Below are positions 19,260 to 28,384 of a stretch of DNA of 64,000 nucleotides, in pieces. The position numbers were made by a program, and so were the translations under genes. The stretch is from Escherichia phage ECO4. The stretch is taken from sequence record NC_054911.1, one strand, 5' to 3'. The notes below the pieces were generated by a model. The model saw only the letters and a list, made by a program, of their open reading frames with translations, did no database searches and had not been told where the DNA came from. How positions within the stretch are numbered: position 1 is the first letter of the stretch; the number at the start of each line of letters is the position of its first letter.

Positions 19260-19475
19260 TTAAGCCTTTTTATCAAGAACAGCATTCAGCTTGTTAGTAA
19301 TTTTATCCAGACGCTCATTGAACTCGCTAGAAGATAAGCCTTTTTCTGGAGAAATTAAGCTAATCACGAAAAATATAGCAATAAAAGGAATAAGAAAAAT
19401 AGCACCAACTGCCATAAACAGAAAGAATGTTACAGTTGTAAGAAAATCAGCTAAACCTTTACGAAATTTATACAT
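19260..19475 (-). CDS. small membrane protein
   Basis: 71 aa with one long hydrophobic segment. Confidence 0.5.
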   Translation of the reverse strand: MYKFRKGLADFLTTVTFFLFMAVGAIFLIPFIAIFFVISLISPEKGLSSSEFNERLDKITNKLNAVLDKKA

Positions 19476-19590
19476 ATTTTACCCTTAATTGATTAACCAA
19501 GCATTGATAAGCACTAAACTATATTGGGAATAAAATTCTGGACCAAAATGAAAAATCATATCATTTATAGTATCCATAATGTAATTCAAT

Positions 19591-20061
19591 TTAATCATGT
19601 TTCCACACCCCATCGGTATTTGACCAAAGTCGCTGATTATCTGATCCTCGCCACAGCTTTTTGGTCGGAAGATTTTTCTCATACTTCCCATCAATAATAA
19701 CATCAACATATTTAAGCATTTCTAGTTGTTTAATATCTTCAAACTTATATCCTGTCCACAACCAAATGCTTTTATTGGGATAAAGATTTTTAACTGTTTG
19801 AACGATGCAATGAATCACGTCTCTGTTATCAGGATAAAGAGGGTCACCTCCGGTTATAGTTAATCCTTCTATATAATCATTATTCAAACATTCAATTAAT
19901 TGTTCTAGTGTTTCACCAGTGAATGGAATACCATTTCTAGCATTCCATGTTGATTTATTATAACACCCTTCGCATTTATGCAAACAACCTGTAACGAAAA
20001 GAACGACCCTGCATCCAGGGCCATTAACAAAGCAGCACGGGTATATTCTGTCATAATTCAT
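19591..20061 (-). CDS. nrdG: anaerobic ribonucleotide reductase activase (radical SAM)
   Basis: MNYDRIYPCCFVNGPGCRVVLFVTGCLHKCEGC cysteine cluster; ATG 20061 overlaps upstream stop (ATGA); track start is TTG artefact. Confidence 0.9.
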   Translation of the reverse strand: MNYDRIYPCCFVNGPGCRVVLFVTGCLHKCEGCYNKSTWNARNGIPFTGETLEQLIECLNNDYIEGLTITGGDPLYPDNRDVIHCIVQTVKNLYPNKSIWLWTGYKFEDIKQLEMLKYVDVIIDGKYEKNLPTKKLWRGSDNQRLWSNTDGVWKHD

Positions 20062-20888
20062 AATAATATCCAATTTTTCCAAGCTTCATCAGTAGAATTA
20101 CAGCGTTTTAGTATAAGATGTCTAGAAACTTTTATGGCATTTGAGCACTTTTTAATTGAATCATATTTAATACCGTCAACTGAAACGGTTTTGCTAATTG
20201 GAGAAATTTTTCCATACATTGGATTTTTTGAACCAACTTGAAGTCCTTTTAAAGCTTTTGAAAGCTTTTGTCTAGATTCCAATGACATGGGAGAATTCTT
20301 TTTACCTTCAATAATTCGCTTGCGATGAAGTTCGCGTTCTTCTTCACTCAAAGAATTGTAATATTTTTTAACACCGTTTGATATAGATAATTTATCTTTC
20401 TCAGACCGCTCTCCAGCTAATTTACTTCTAACATCTTTTCGCTTCATAGCTATGCTTACGGCTTTATTTAAATTTGCTTGATGCTCTGGCGTACGTTTAT
20501 ATTTCTTTAAAGCACGTGAAATAGCTATTTTAGTTTCTTCTGTTCTCTTTTTACCTTTATTTGCTAAACTATTTTTGCGGCGATGTTCAAGTGTCTGTTC
20601 ATAGGCAGTTCCACCTTTTCCACCAGGTTTAATATTATATGTATTTTCTTTTAGACAATACTCTTCGGTTACAAGTTCAGCTTCTTTATCATACATCTGT
20701 TTTTCATTATCAAAAACATGTAAAATTTCTTTATTAAAATTTTTTCTACCATATTTTAATAAAGCGGCACGAATCAATGTTCCTGACCCCATATAACCGT
20801 CATTTATGTTATCGGTGCTATGCGCACCGATATATTCCTTTGAATTAATTATATTTGTTATTTTATAAATTATATAATACCTATGCAT
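20058..20888 (-). CDS. GIY-YIG family homing endonuclease (free-standing)
   Basis: N-terminus YYIIYKITNIINSKEYIGAHS = GIY-(10 aa)-YIG; lysine-rich C-terminal DNA-binding-like region; inserted between nrdD stop and nrdG start with overlaps at both ends. Confidence 0.75.
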   Translation of the reverse strand: MHRYYIIYKITNIINSKEYIGAHSTDNINDGYMGSGTLIRAALLKYGRKNFNKEILHVFDNEKQMYDKEAELVTEEYCLKENTYNIKPGGKGGTAYEQTLEHRRKNSLANKGKKRTEETKIAISRALKKYKRTPEHQANLNKAVSIAMKRKDVRSKLAGERSEKDKLSISNGVKKYYNSLSEEERELHRKRIIEGKKNSPMSLESRQKLSKALKGLQVGSKNPMYGKISPISKTVSVDGIKYDSIKKCSNAIKVSRHLILKRCNSTDEAWKNWILL

Positions 20889-22698
20889 GTTTTACTCGTT
20901 TTACCATTTCTTTCATTTTACCTAAATTCCATGGAACAACGCTAGGAGTTCCAAGATATCCGCATGTTCTTCTTATTGTATTCATCTTTTTAGGATCAGT
21001 TTCTCCACAAATAGAACAAATAAATCCGCTTTCAGTAGGAGTCATTTCATGGGTGCTTCCGCATGTAAAACATTTATCTACTGGCATATTAACACCAAAA
21101 TAATCTAAATGTTGTGCAGCATAATCCCATACGGCCTCAAGACCCTTTAAGTTATTTTTCATATCAGGAAGTTCAACATAAGAAATGTGACCACCTGTCG
21201 CAATGAAATGATATGGTGCTTCTCGAGAAATCTTTTCAAACGGAGTAATATTTTCTTCTACTGAAACATGGAAACTGTTAGTGTACCAGCCTTTATCAGT
21301 AACATCCTTTACACTTCCATATTTTTCTGTATCAAGTTTACAGAAGCGATAACAAAGGTTTTCAGCAGGAGTCGAATATAAACTAAAAGCAAATCCAGTT
21401 CTTTCAGTCCACTGTTTAAGATGAGCATTCATTTTAGTTAAAATTTCTTGCCCGATATCACGTCCAACAAGAATATTCAATTCATGAATACCAATGTATC
21501 CTAGGGACACTGAACTTCTACCGTTTTTAAATAACTCAATTATGTCGTCATCAGGTTTAAGACGAACCCCGAATGCACCTTCTTGGTAAAGAATAGGAGC
21601 AACAGTCGCTTTAACTCCTTTTAAGGAACTAATTCTACACATCAAAGCTTCAAAACACAAATCCATACGTTCATTGAATAATTCAACAAATTTCTGTTCG
21701 TTAAATTGTGTTCCAATATAAGAATCTAATGCAATGCGAGGAAGATTCAGTGTTACAACACCAAGATTATTACGTCCATCAAGAATTTCATTACCAGTCG
21801 AATCTTTCCATACGCTCAAGAAACTACGGCAACCCATTGGAGAAACAGGAATAGATGAACCGGTGATAGCTTTATTATTCTTAACTGAAATAATATCAGG
21901 ATACATCCTTTTGCTTGCACACTCTAGAGCAAGCTGCTTAATATCATAGTTCGGATCGTCTTTATAAAGATTAACGCCTTCTTCAACGAACATAACAAGT
22001 TTAGGAAAAATAGGAGTTATCCCATCACGACCAAGACCTTTAATACGATTTTTCAGAATTGCTTTCTGAATCATTCGTTCAGTCCAGTCAGTTCCCGTAC
22101 CAAATGTAATTGTTACAAAGGGAGTCTGTCCGTTTGAACTAAAGAGAGTATTTACTTCATATTCATAAGCTTGGAATGCATCGTATACGTCTTTTTCTGT
22201 TTTAGATTGGGCATAATTCAGTGCATCGGCGATTTGCCATTTTTCTGCGTCCTCGATATGTTTTGCATAGGTGCGTTTAACATAAGGAGAAAGTACTTTA
22301 TCTACATTAGCAAAAGTCGTTCCGCCATATTGATGGGAAGCAACTTGCGCAGTAATTTGTGCCATAATTGCAGTAGCAACGCCAATTGATTTAGGAGTTT
22401 CAATCTGTGCATTACCAAGCTTAAATCCGTTTTCAAGCATTCCTTTTAAATCTACTAAACAACAATTAGTAAATGGAAGAGCAGGGGAATAATCAATATC
22501 ATGGAAATGAATAATTCCGCTTTCATGCGCTTTCATAATAAAAGACGGGACCATATTTTTGGCAATGTGTTTAGACACAATACCAGCCATAAGGTCCCGT
22601 TGAGTTGGAAAAACACGAGAATCTTTATTAGCATTCTCGTTTAAAAGGTCTTTATTAGTTTTATGAATCAATCCTTCAATTTCTTTTTCAATTGTCAT
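20881..22698 (-). CDS. nrdD: anaerobic ribonucleoside-triphosphate reductase (uninterrupted, no intron)
   Basis: 605 aa continuous ORF; C-terminal zinc-ribbon CFTCGSTHEMTPTESGFICSICG and glycyl radical region. Confidence 0.93.
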   Translation of the reverse strand: MTIEKEIEGLIHKTNKDLLNENANKDSRVFPTQRDLMAGIVSKHIAKNMVPSFIMKAHESGIIHFHDIDYSPALPFTNCCLVDLKGMLENGFKLGNAQIETPKSIGVATAIMAQITAQVASHQYGGTTFANVDKVLSPYVKRTYAKHIEDAEKWQIADALNYAQSKTEKDVYDAFQAYEYEVNTLFSSNGQTPFVTITFGTGTDWTERMIQKAILKNRIKGLGRDGITPIFPKLVMFVEEGVNLYKDDPNYDIKQLALECASKRMYPDIISVKNNKAITGSSIPVSPMGCRSFLSVWKDSTGNEILDGRNNLGVVTLNLPRIALDSYIGTQFNEQKFVELFNERMDLCFEALMCRISSLKGVKATVAPILYQEGAFGVRLKPDDDIIELFKNGRSSVSLGYIGIHELNILVGRDIGQEILTKMNAHLKQWTERTGFAFSLYSTPAENLCYRFCKLDTEKYGSVKDVTDKGWYTNSFHVSVEENITPFEKISREAPYHFIATGGHISYVELPDMKNNLKGLEAVWDYAAQHLDYFGVNMPVDKCFTCGSTHEMTPTESGFICSICGETDPKKMNTIRRTCGYLGTPSVVPWNLGKMKEMVKRVKHA

Positions 22699-23168
22699 TT
22701 TAAACTCTTTCTAAGCTGCTTCTTAAATGAAGCTATTAATTGTGTTTTGGTGTCAAATTCATTATATTCAAATCCTCTTTGAAGCATCTCAGCCATCATT
22801 TCCTCTTTTCCTAAACGAGAAAATTCCTTTGATTTATCTCCAACGAAGTTAGGGTGAATATTATTTTGGGTGTAATCGGATTTTAAATAAGTAAGTAAAT
22901 TTTCTAACCATTCAAGATAATCAACACCCTGTCCCTTTAATCCAGAACGATTAAATTTATGCTTCATTTGACCTTCTGCAGCATTGCAGAGATTACAGAG
23001 CAATCCACGTACCTTTCCTGCTTTTGGTCCATTTAATTCATGGTCATGGTCAAGGTGATTAGCTTGAACATCAGGATTTAATTCTCGTTGGCAAATTAAG
23101 CATTTACCGTTTTGTGCATTATAAAATTTCTGTTTTTCTTCTTTATATAATTTGCCAGTCAATAACAT
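22695..23168 (-). CDS. 49: endonuclease VII (Holliday junction resolvase)
   Basis: 157 aa MLLTGKLYKEEKQKFYNAQNGKCLICQREL..., zinc-binding cysteines; matches recalled T4 gp49. Confidence 0.93.
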   Translation of the reverse strand: MLLTGKLYKEEKQKFYNAQNGKCLICQRELNPDVQANHLDHDHELNGPKAGKVRGLLCNLCNAAEGQMKHKFNRSGLKGQGVDYLEWLENLLTYLKSDYTQNNIHPNFVGDKSKEFSRLGKEEMMAEMLQRGFEYNEFDTKTQLIASFKKQLRKSLK

Positions 23169-23204
23169 AATAAAACCCTTACCTTAAATAGATAAGGGTA
23201 TTTA

Positions 23205-23480
23205 TTATTTTCAAGTATTGTAAAACATTCGATGCAATCGCTTATATTGTCGAATCATCTTTTTAGTAGGACGAGAATAGGTTCCTACGCAAGTGGTCAT
23301 ATGAGGGTCCGTAGAATGTCCTTTAATAAAAAGTTTCCAAACCTTACCGCCATTTAACTTTTCAGTATAAACCAATTCGGTTTTCATTAAAATGTCCTGT
23401 CAGAAAAAGAATTTTGAGTTTTTTCAAGTATTGTAAAACATTTGATTCAATCGCTTATATTGCCGAATCTTTTGGTCAGA
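23205..23480. repeat. direct repeat pair (about 50 bp, roughly 92 percent identical, 216 bp apart) duplicating the 3' end of pin
   Basis: ttttcaagtattgtaaaacatt(c/t)gat(g/t)caatcgcttatattg(t/c)cgaatc at 23207 and 23423; a second short repeat gtcagaaaaagaa(t/a)tttgagttt flanks copy B. Confidence 0.6.
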
Positions 23481-23909
23481 AAAAGAAATTTGAGTTTCAA
23501 GCCATTCAATGTACTCTGCGGCAGCTTGCATTAAATTTCCTTCATAACCATCGTTATTTTCTTGTGCAGCTAATTTAGCTAATGCGTATGAAATACGTTC
23601 ACCTTGAAAATCGGCTTTAGGCTTCTGAACAACTTGATTAGTTCGCTCTACAACTTCTTCAATTTCGCCATTTTCGACTGATTCAGTATTCCACAAGCAC
23701 CAATACGTAATTGGCTTATCATAGATGTTAATAATCTTTCCGTCGGAAAGTTCAATTTCAATAATTCCAGTATCAGGCTCTATATCATCTTCACATTCTT
23801 TTGCAAGTTCACGAACTTTAAAGACAGTACCTGCACTAAGTTCCGGCCAGTAATTACATAGCCCTGTATCAACACGATTAATTCTAAACCACTTATCTAC
23901 TGTAATCAT
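23424..23909 (-). CDS. pin: Pin-like protein (inhibitor of host Lon protease)
   Basis: 161 aa from MITVDKWFRINRVDTGLCNYW; position next to gene 49; track start is TTG artefact. Confidence 0.7.
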   Translation of the reverse strand: MITVDKWFRINRVDTGLCNYWPELSAGTVFKVRELAKECEDDIEPDTGIIEIELSDGKIINIYDKPITYWCLWNTESVENGEIEEVVERTNQVVQKPKADFQGERISYALAKLAAQENNDGYEGNLMQAAAEYIEWLETQISFSDQKIRQYKRLNQMFYNT

Positions 23910-23949
23910 GTCCCATCTCCATATCAATTAAGTCATTTATTGTAGGTTC

Positions 23950-23979
23950 ATTATATACTGTTTCTTCATCAGTGTAAAC
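23950..23979 (-). promoter_or_regulatory. early promoter, GTTTAC-18nt-TATAAT
   Basis: Upstream of pin. Confidence 0.6.
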
Positions 23980-24031
23980 CGGTTCTTCCGGCTCTGGCTC
24001 TACAGTTTCCCATCTAACCGCCCACCAAGGT

Positions 24032-24241
24032 TTAACCCCGAAGCTTATTAAGTTCTTCATAATCAATCCAGGATTCTAATCCTGATGGCAAATCAGATTC
24101 AATTTCCCAAAGAAGCTCTTCAATTTTCTGAAGACGATCTAGTTCTTCGGCTGGAATAGTAACCATTGACGGAGTTCTTGATACACTAATATCGTAAATC
24201 ATATTTACCCCAGTTTGACCATGCAATCGCCGTATTTCCAC
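24032..24241 (-). CDS. hypothetical protein
   Basis: 69 aa ORF. Confidence 0.45.
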   Translation of the reverse strand: MEIRRLHGQTGVNMIYDISVSRTPSMVTIPAEELDRLQKIEELLWEIESDLPSGLESWIDYEELNKLRG

Positions 24242-24420
24242 TTAGAAATAGACTTTTCGCCATTAGAATAATAAACTTCGAGTTTAGCACGATTATTTTT
24301 AATTTGAATAACCTTGGCTGTCATCAAAGTTCCATACCCATAATAAACTGCAACCTCATCACCTACATATACCGCGCTTCCGCGGTAGTCATGGATATAA
24401 TCAGTTCCTTCGAGCATCAT
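24205..24420 (-). CDS. hypothetical protein
   Basis: 71 aa ORF. Confidence 0.45.
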   Translation of the reverse strand: MMLEGTDYIHDYRGSAVYVGDEVAVYYGYGTLMTAKVIQIKNNRAKLEVYYSNGEKSISKWKYGDCMVKLG

Positions 24421-24680
24421 TTAAAGTATTCCCGCAATTGGTCAAATCCACCAATATGACTTCCATCAGGAGCAAATACCTGGGGCATTGTCAATCCAAT
24501 TTGAGTATCACGACCTAGTTTAGTCAGAAGCTCAGCGATTTTCTCATCATCAAAAACACCTTTTTCCGGCATAATGTTAATAAATTCAAACGGCTGTTTC
24601 TTCACGGTCAAAAGACGTTTTGCATTATCGCAATACACACATTTATGAATGTTGCTATCATAACCATATACTTTAAACAT
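24417..24680 (-). CDS. nrdC: thioredoxin/glutaredoxin
   Basis: 87 aa MFKVYGYDSNIHKCVYCDNAKRLL with CVYC active site; matches recalled T4 thioredoxin. Confidence 0.93.
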   Translation of the reverse strand: MFKVYGYDSNIHKCVYCDNAKRLLTVKKQPFEFINIMPEKGVFDDEKIAELLTKLGRDTQIGLTMPQVFAPDGSHIGGFDQLREYFK

Positions 24681-24681
24681 A

Positions 24682-24924
24682 TTATTCCTTAATTCCTAGT
24701 ACTTGTTTAAAAGTCTCGTCGTAATCAAGACTTTGGCCTGTTTGTTCTTTATGTTTGTATATAATATCACTTACTTCTGATAGCATATTTTTATATGAAC
24801 GAGTTAAAGCAGATTTAAGTACGCTGTACCTATCAGGAAATTTACCATGTTCATTATAATAAGCTATTGCTAATTCACGGACTGCCTTTTCAGCAGCCTC
24901 CATATATTCTTTACGCTTGGTCAT
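24682..24924 (-). CDS. hypothetical protein
   Basis: 80 aa ORF. Confidence 0.5.
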   Translation of the reverse strand: MTKRKEYMEAAEKAVRELAIAYYNEHGKFPDRYSVLKSALTRSYKNMLSEVSDIIYKHKEQTGQSLDYDETFKQVLGIKE

Positions 24925-24926
24925 TT

Positions 24927-25316
24927 TTAATCCAAAATATTATTAGGCATTGGTTGAACACTCACAAGTTCTTTAAAGAACTCAGTAGAGTCAGGCAATT
25001 TAACCATTTCCGGAGCATGCTTACTGAATTTATGTTTACATTGACGGCATTTATATTCAAGCTCTGGTTTACGCCAGTTAATCAACTGAACTTGTTCAGT
25101 ACCGCATTCAGGGCAATTAGGAACGTTTTTAGAAGCTCTTTCACGTCGTTCAACCATAGCCATAATAGCATCCCATGCTGGAGGTTTAAAATCTAAATCA
25201 TCGCAGCCGTGAATCTTTCCACGCATTTCCATATCATCTTCCTCACCAGCCATAATAATTTTAATTAGACTAGAATTACTTGAAGCTGCAATGTCTTCTA
25301 ATAAACGCTTTTTCAT
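24927..25316 (-). CDS. hypothetical zinc-ribbon protein
   Basis: CPECG...CRQCKH paired Cys motifs. Confidence 0.5.
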   Translation of the reverse strand: MKKRLLEDIAASSNSSLIKIIMAGEEDDMEMRGKIHGCDDLDFKPPAWDAIMAMVERRERASKNVPNCPECGTEQVQLINWRKPELEYKCRQCKHKFSKHAPEMVKLPDSTEFFKELVSVQPMPNNILD

Positions 25317-26242
25317 TTCAATACCTCAATAGCATTACGTAAACCATTTGCTTTGGCGGTTAAAGCCTTAAGAACTTTAGTATGCTCTTCAATTTGTTTT
25401 TCAACTTCAGTCAAACGGGCATTGAGATATTCACGTTCTTCACCCAGATTATCAACCTTTTCTACTTTAGGCTCTTTTACAACTGTCTTATATGTATTAG
25501 GGTTCTTCAGTTTAATTAGAATGCGTGAACTGTATAACATTGAACCATTATCTTCGGTTTCGTCATACATTTCCACTACGTCCATAATTTTTAACATCAT
25601 GCGGAGTTTATAAGACAACGAACGAATAGTTTTGTTGTGCTTATTAATTTCTTTAGCTGTCATGGTGCCGAGATTACGTGAGTAATAATAAGGAACCTGG
25701 ATATTAATTAATACTGATGAACCACCTGGCTTGTGTGTTACTTCATCAGCAATAACCCAATCCTTAACATGAACTGTATTTGTACGGTCATCGCCCGCGG
25801 TAAATAGTTTGCGAGCATGCTTAAAAAGCATATTCACTTGGTCATTGAATTGACAAGCAAATTTATCAGCAAATTTAGTTTCAGGAATGGTAGATAACCA
25901 ATCAGCCAAATGGGTCTTTTTAACATCGTTAACAATAGTAAATTCAACCAAATCGGTTATAGATGTCGCAGATTTAATGAAGCTCGGCTTCATAAAGTTT
26001 TTAATGTTATCGCGAGCTACGGTAGAAGATAACATACGAGAACGTTTAAACCATTCAAGCAAATTGCCTAACGAATGAGAATAAGCGTTTTGAGTATCTT
26101 TACAGATATGATTTTCCTGGCCAACATATTGAAGGAAATCACGAAGAATATTATTGATTACTGCTCTGTGCCCGATCTGATAATTACGGTGTTTAGTAAT
26201 AAGACTGTCAAAATAATCAATATAATGTTTACGAGTTTTCAT
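25313..26242 (-). CDS. hypothetical protein with C-terminal coiled coil
   Basis: 309 aa; heptad-like C-terminus EEREYLNARLTEVEKQIEEHTKVLKAL. Confidence 0.55.
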   Translation of the reverse strand: MKTRKHYIDYFDSLITKHRNYQIGHRAVINNILRDFLQYVGQENHICKDTQNAYSHSLGNLLEWFKRSRMLSSTVARDNIKNFMKPSFIKSATSITDLVEFTIVNDVKKTHLADWLSTIPETKFADKFACQFNDQVNMLFKHARKLFTAGDDRTNTVHVKDWVIADEVTHKPGGSSVLINIQVPYYYSRNLGTMTAKEINKHNKTIRSLSYKLRMMLKIMDVVEMYDETEDNGSMLYSSRILIKLKNPNTYKTVVKEPKVEKVDNLGEEREYLNARLTEVEKQIEEHTKVLKALTAKANGLRNAIEVLK

Positions 26243-26294
26243 GTTCTTCTCACTTGGTTAATGATTTATACTCCGAGCCATCCTTGGCTTTAAA

Positions 26295-27296
26295 TTACTT
26301 AATTAACTGTAAAGCTTGTTCAAGACGATCCAAGCGATTAACAGATTCTTCCCAAATCTTTTTAGCCTTCTCATATTCTTTCTGCGCTTTATTAGAAATT
26401 TCTAGAACTTCTTTATAAGCTTTTTCTAGTGCAACAACTTCTGGACGAATTTCTACCGGTTCAGGTGAATCATCAAGATTATCCATTAGTTCCTCAAGGG
26501 TAGTTTCTTCTTTAGGAGTATTCACAATTTCATCACATTTTTGTTGATAAATTTCTTTATCAGTAGGTGAGTACGCGCACTTTACTTCACGAAGACTAAT
26601 TACAATTTTATATCCTTCCCAACCGCATATATTCTTAAAAGGATATGTATGAATATTTTCTACTGTTTCCATACAAAGTAATGCGGTCTCTAATTGACGA
26701 GTTATAGTGCTAGCAATTGAGAAAAATTTATTAATATTCTTTTGGTTAGTTTCTGGTGTAAAAAATCCATAATTCACAAAAATAGATACTTTATTTTTAT
26801 CAAGTTCATATTCTTTTATGATAATCATATCAGAAGCCAAAGGATGAATTTGACGATAATCGCCATAACATAATTTAGAAGCTGATTTTAGAATCTGTCC
26901 TTTGAAAAGTCTGAAATTACTAATCCAACGACGAGTAAAAATATTCTCAGGGTCTTCTTTATTATTAAGATGATAAGAATTAACATCACCGAACCAATTA
27001 TATCCTACTACATCTTTGGTTCGTTTAATTTCTTTCCCAAAATTACCAAGAATATCCCGATTAACCAAATATGAAAGAAGACGAGACTCTTTAAAGGTTT
27101 TCTTGATAACATCTTTATCTACACGGCTAGAAATTTTACGAATTTCATGAATAAATTTAGTAGAAGAAACAATACTTGCATCAACACTATTGAGCCATTG
27201 ATTGATAATAGAAAGAACGCTATTCTGACTAGACACAGGTTTAACTTTATCATCAATAACGCTATTGAATGATTTGATATATTCGTTACGAGTCAT
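26295..27296 (-). CDS. hypothetical protein with C-terminal coiled coil
   Basis: ATG 27296 (MTRNEY) with RBS GAGGAG, directly downstream of early promoter; track start extended. Confidence 0.55.
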   Translation of the reverse strand: MTRNEYIKSFNSVIDDKVKPVSSQNSVLSIINQWLNSVDASIVSSTKFIHEIRKISSRVDKDVIKKTFKESRLLSYLVNRDILGNFGKEIKRTKDVVGYNWFGDVNSYHLNNKEDPENIFTRRWISNFRLFKGQILKSASKLCYGDYRQIHPLASDMIIIKEYELDKNKVSIFVNYGFFTPETNQKNINKFFSIASTITRQLETALLCMETVENIHTYPFKNICGWEGYKIVISLREVKCAYSPTDKEIYQQKCDEIVNTPKEETTLEELMDNLDDSPEPVEIRPEVVALEKAYKEVLEISNKAQKEYEKAKKIWEESVNRLDRLEQALQLIK

Positions 27297-27324
27297 AATA
27301 ATCTCCTCAGTAGAAAGTAAGAAC

Positions 27325-27354
27325 ATTATACCACATCCTTGTGGCAAAGTAAAC
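27325..27354 (-). promoter_or_regulatory. early promoter, GTTTAC-18nt-TATAAT
   Basis: Upstream of ORF 26295-27296. Confidence 0.65.
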
Positions 27355-28376
27355 TAGTTCAGTGCATTTAGTGCATTGTTCAGTTTAGAACGTTGCTTCG
27401 TAAGATTTTTGACTTTTTCTTGAGCTTTTTCTAGCATCTTTTCAGCTTCTAGCACTTCATTGGTCACTTTAACGAGTTCATCATCTACTGCCTTAAGAGA
27501 CTTCTCAATCGCATCGGCGTGCCATTTTTCTACAGGTTTAAAATTTGAATTTTCAGTAGGAAGAAAACTCACTTTATTAAGTTTACATGCATCTATATTG
27601 CTTGAGCTATACATCCAAAATTTAGGATCGTTTGATGAGTAATTGGATAAATTTAAGATATCTTGCACTTCCTGCTTTTTCTCTTGCGGGACTTCGTCCT
27701 TTCTCAAAAAATCGTATTTAAATGAAACGATCATATCAAGTTCATATGTTGTTGTGTCTAATTTAAATCGCTCAAAACGAGGTAAAATCTTAGACTGAAC
27801 AGCGGCAACAACATCCATATACTTAAATGCTTCTGTCAACTGCGATTTAAGGCATTCGCAAATTGAAAGAGAATTTTTTGTATTAGGTTTAAAGCTAATT
27901 CGCGCAGTTCTGTTATTTTCTTTTAATGGTCTTACTTCCATCTGAAGAGTATAACCATCAAATTTCAGGTTCTTTAAGTTAATGTCAGAACCTTTTAATC
28001 GACTAGCAGTCGACAAAATTTGCTTTAATTGTCTACGGAACAGAGCAATAAATCTCCATTCAATACGATAATGATTTGGATTGAAAAATCCAGATGATAA
28101 ATCGACCTTACTTTGACCAACGCCTTGAACAAATAGAGGATTTTTATAATCAATAGTTTTACAGAAATCTGTGAGCTGCTCACGAGCAGTCATTTGTGTA
28201 ATATACCCCGCTTTACTAAAATTACTCACCCATTCACTGCTATTTAGATATTTAAAGTGATGAATAGCATGATTAACTTTATCAGGGTCTAAATTATTTT
28301 CACACAAAAATGTCATAACATTACGAGTATCGCTGGCAGTACGAACCATATCTTCAATTTGAGAACGAGTTTTCAT
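27354..28376 (-). CDS. hypothetical protein with C-terminal coiled coil
   Basis: 340 aa ORF, C-terminal heptad-rich segment. Confidence 0.55.
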   Translation of the reverse strand: MKTRSQIEDMVRTASDTRNVMTFLCENNLDPDKVNHAIHHFKYLNSSEWVSNFSKAGYITQMTAREQLTDFCKTIDYKNPLFVQGVGQSKVDLSSGFFNPNHYRIEWRFIALFRRQLKQILSTASRLKGSDINLKNLKFDGYTLQMEVRPLKENNRTARISFKPNTKNSLSICECLKSQLTEAFKYMDVVAAVQSKILPRFERFKLDTTTYELDMIVSFKYDFLRKDEVPQEKKQEVQDILNLSNYSSNDPKFWMYSSSNIDACKLNKVSFLPTENSNFKPVEKWHADAIEKSLKAVDDELVKVTNEVLEAEKMLEKAQEKVKNLTKQRSKLNNALNALN

Positions 28377-28384
28377 GGTATTCC

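Noticed and set aside
19485-19709. 74-aa minus-strand ORF
   Set aside because: Overlaps the 3' end of nrdG in another frame; no RBS; composition not protein-like.
20881-22698. Group I intron / intron-encoded endonuclease inside nrdD
   Set aside because: nrdD is a single uninterrupted 605-codon frame with no insertion; the endonuclease-like gene present is free-standing downstream of it.
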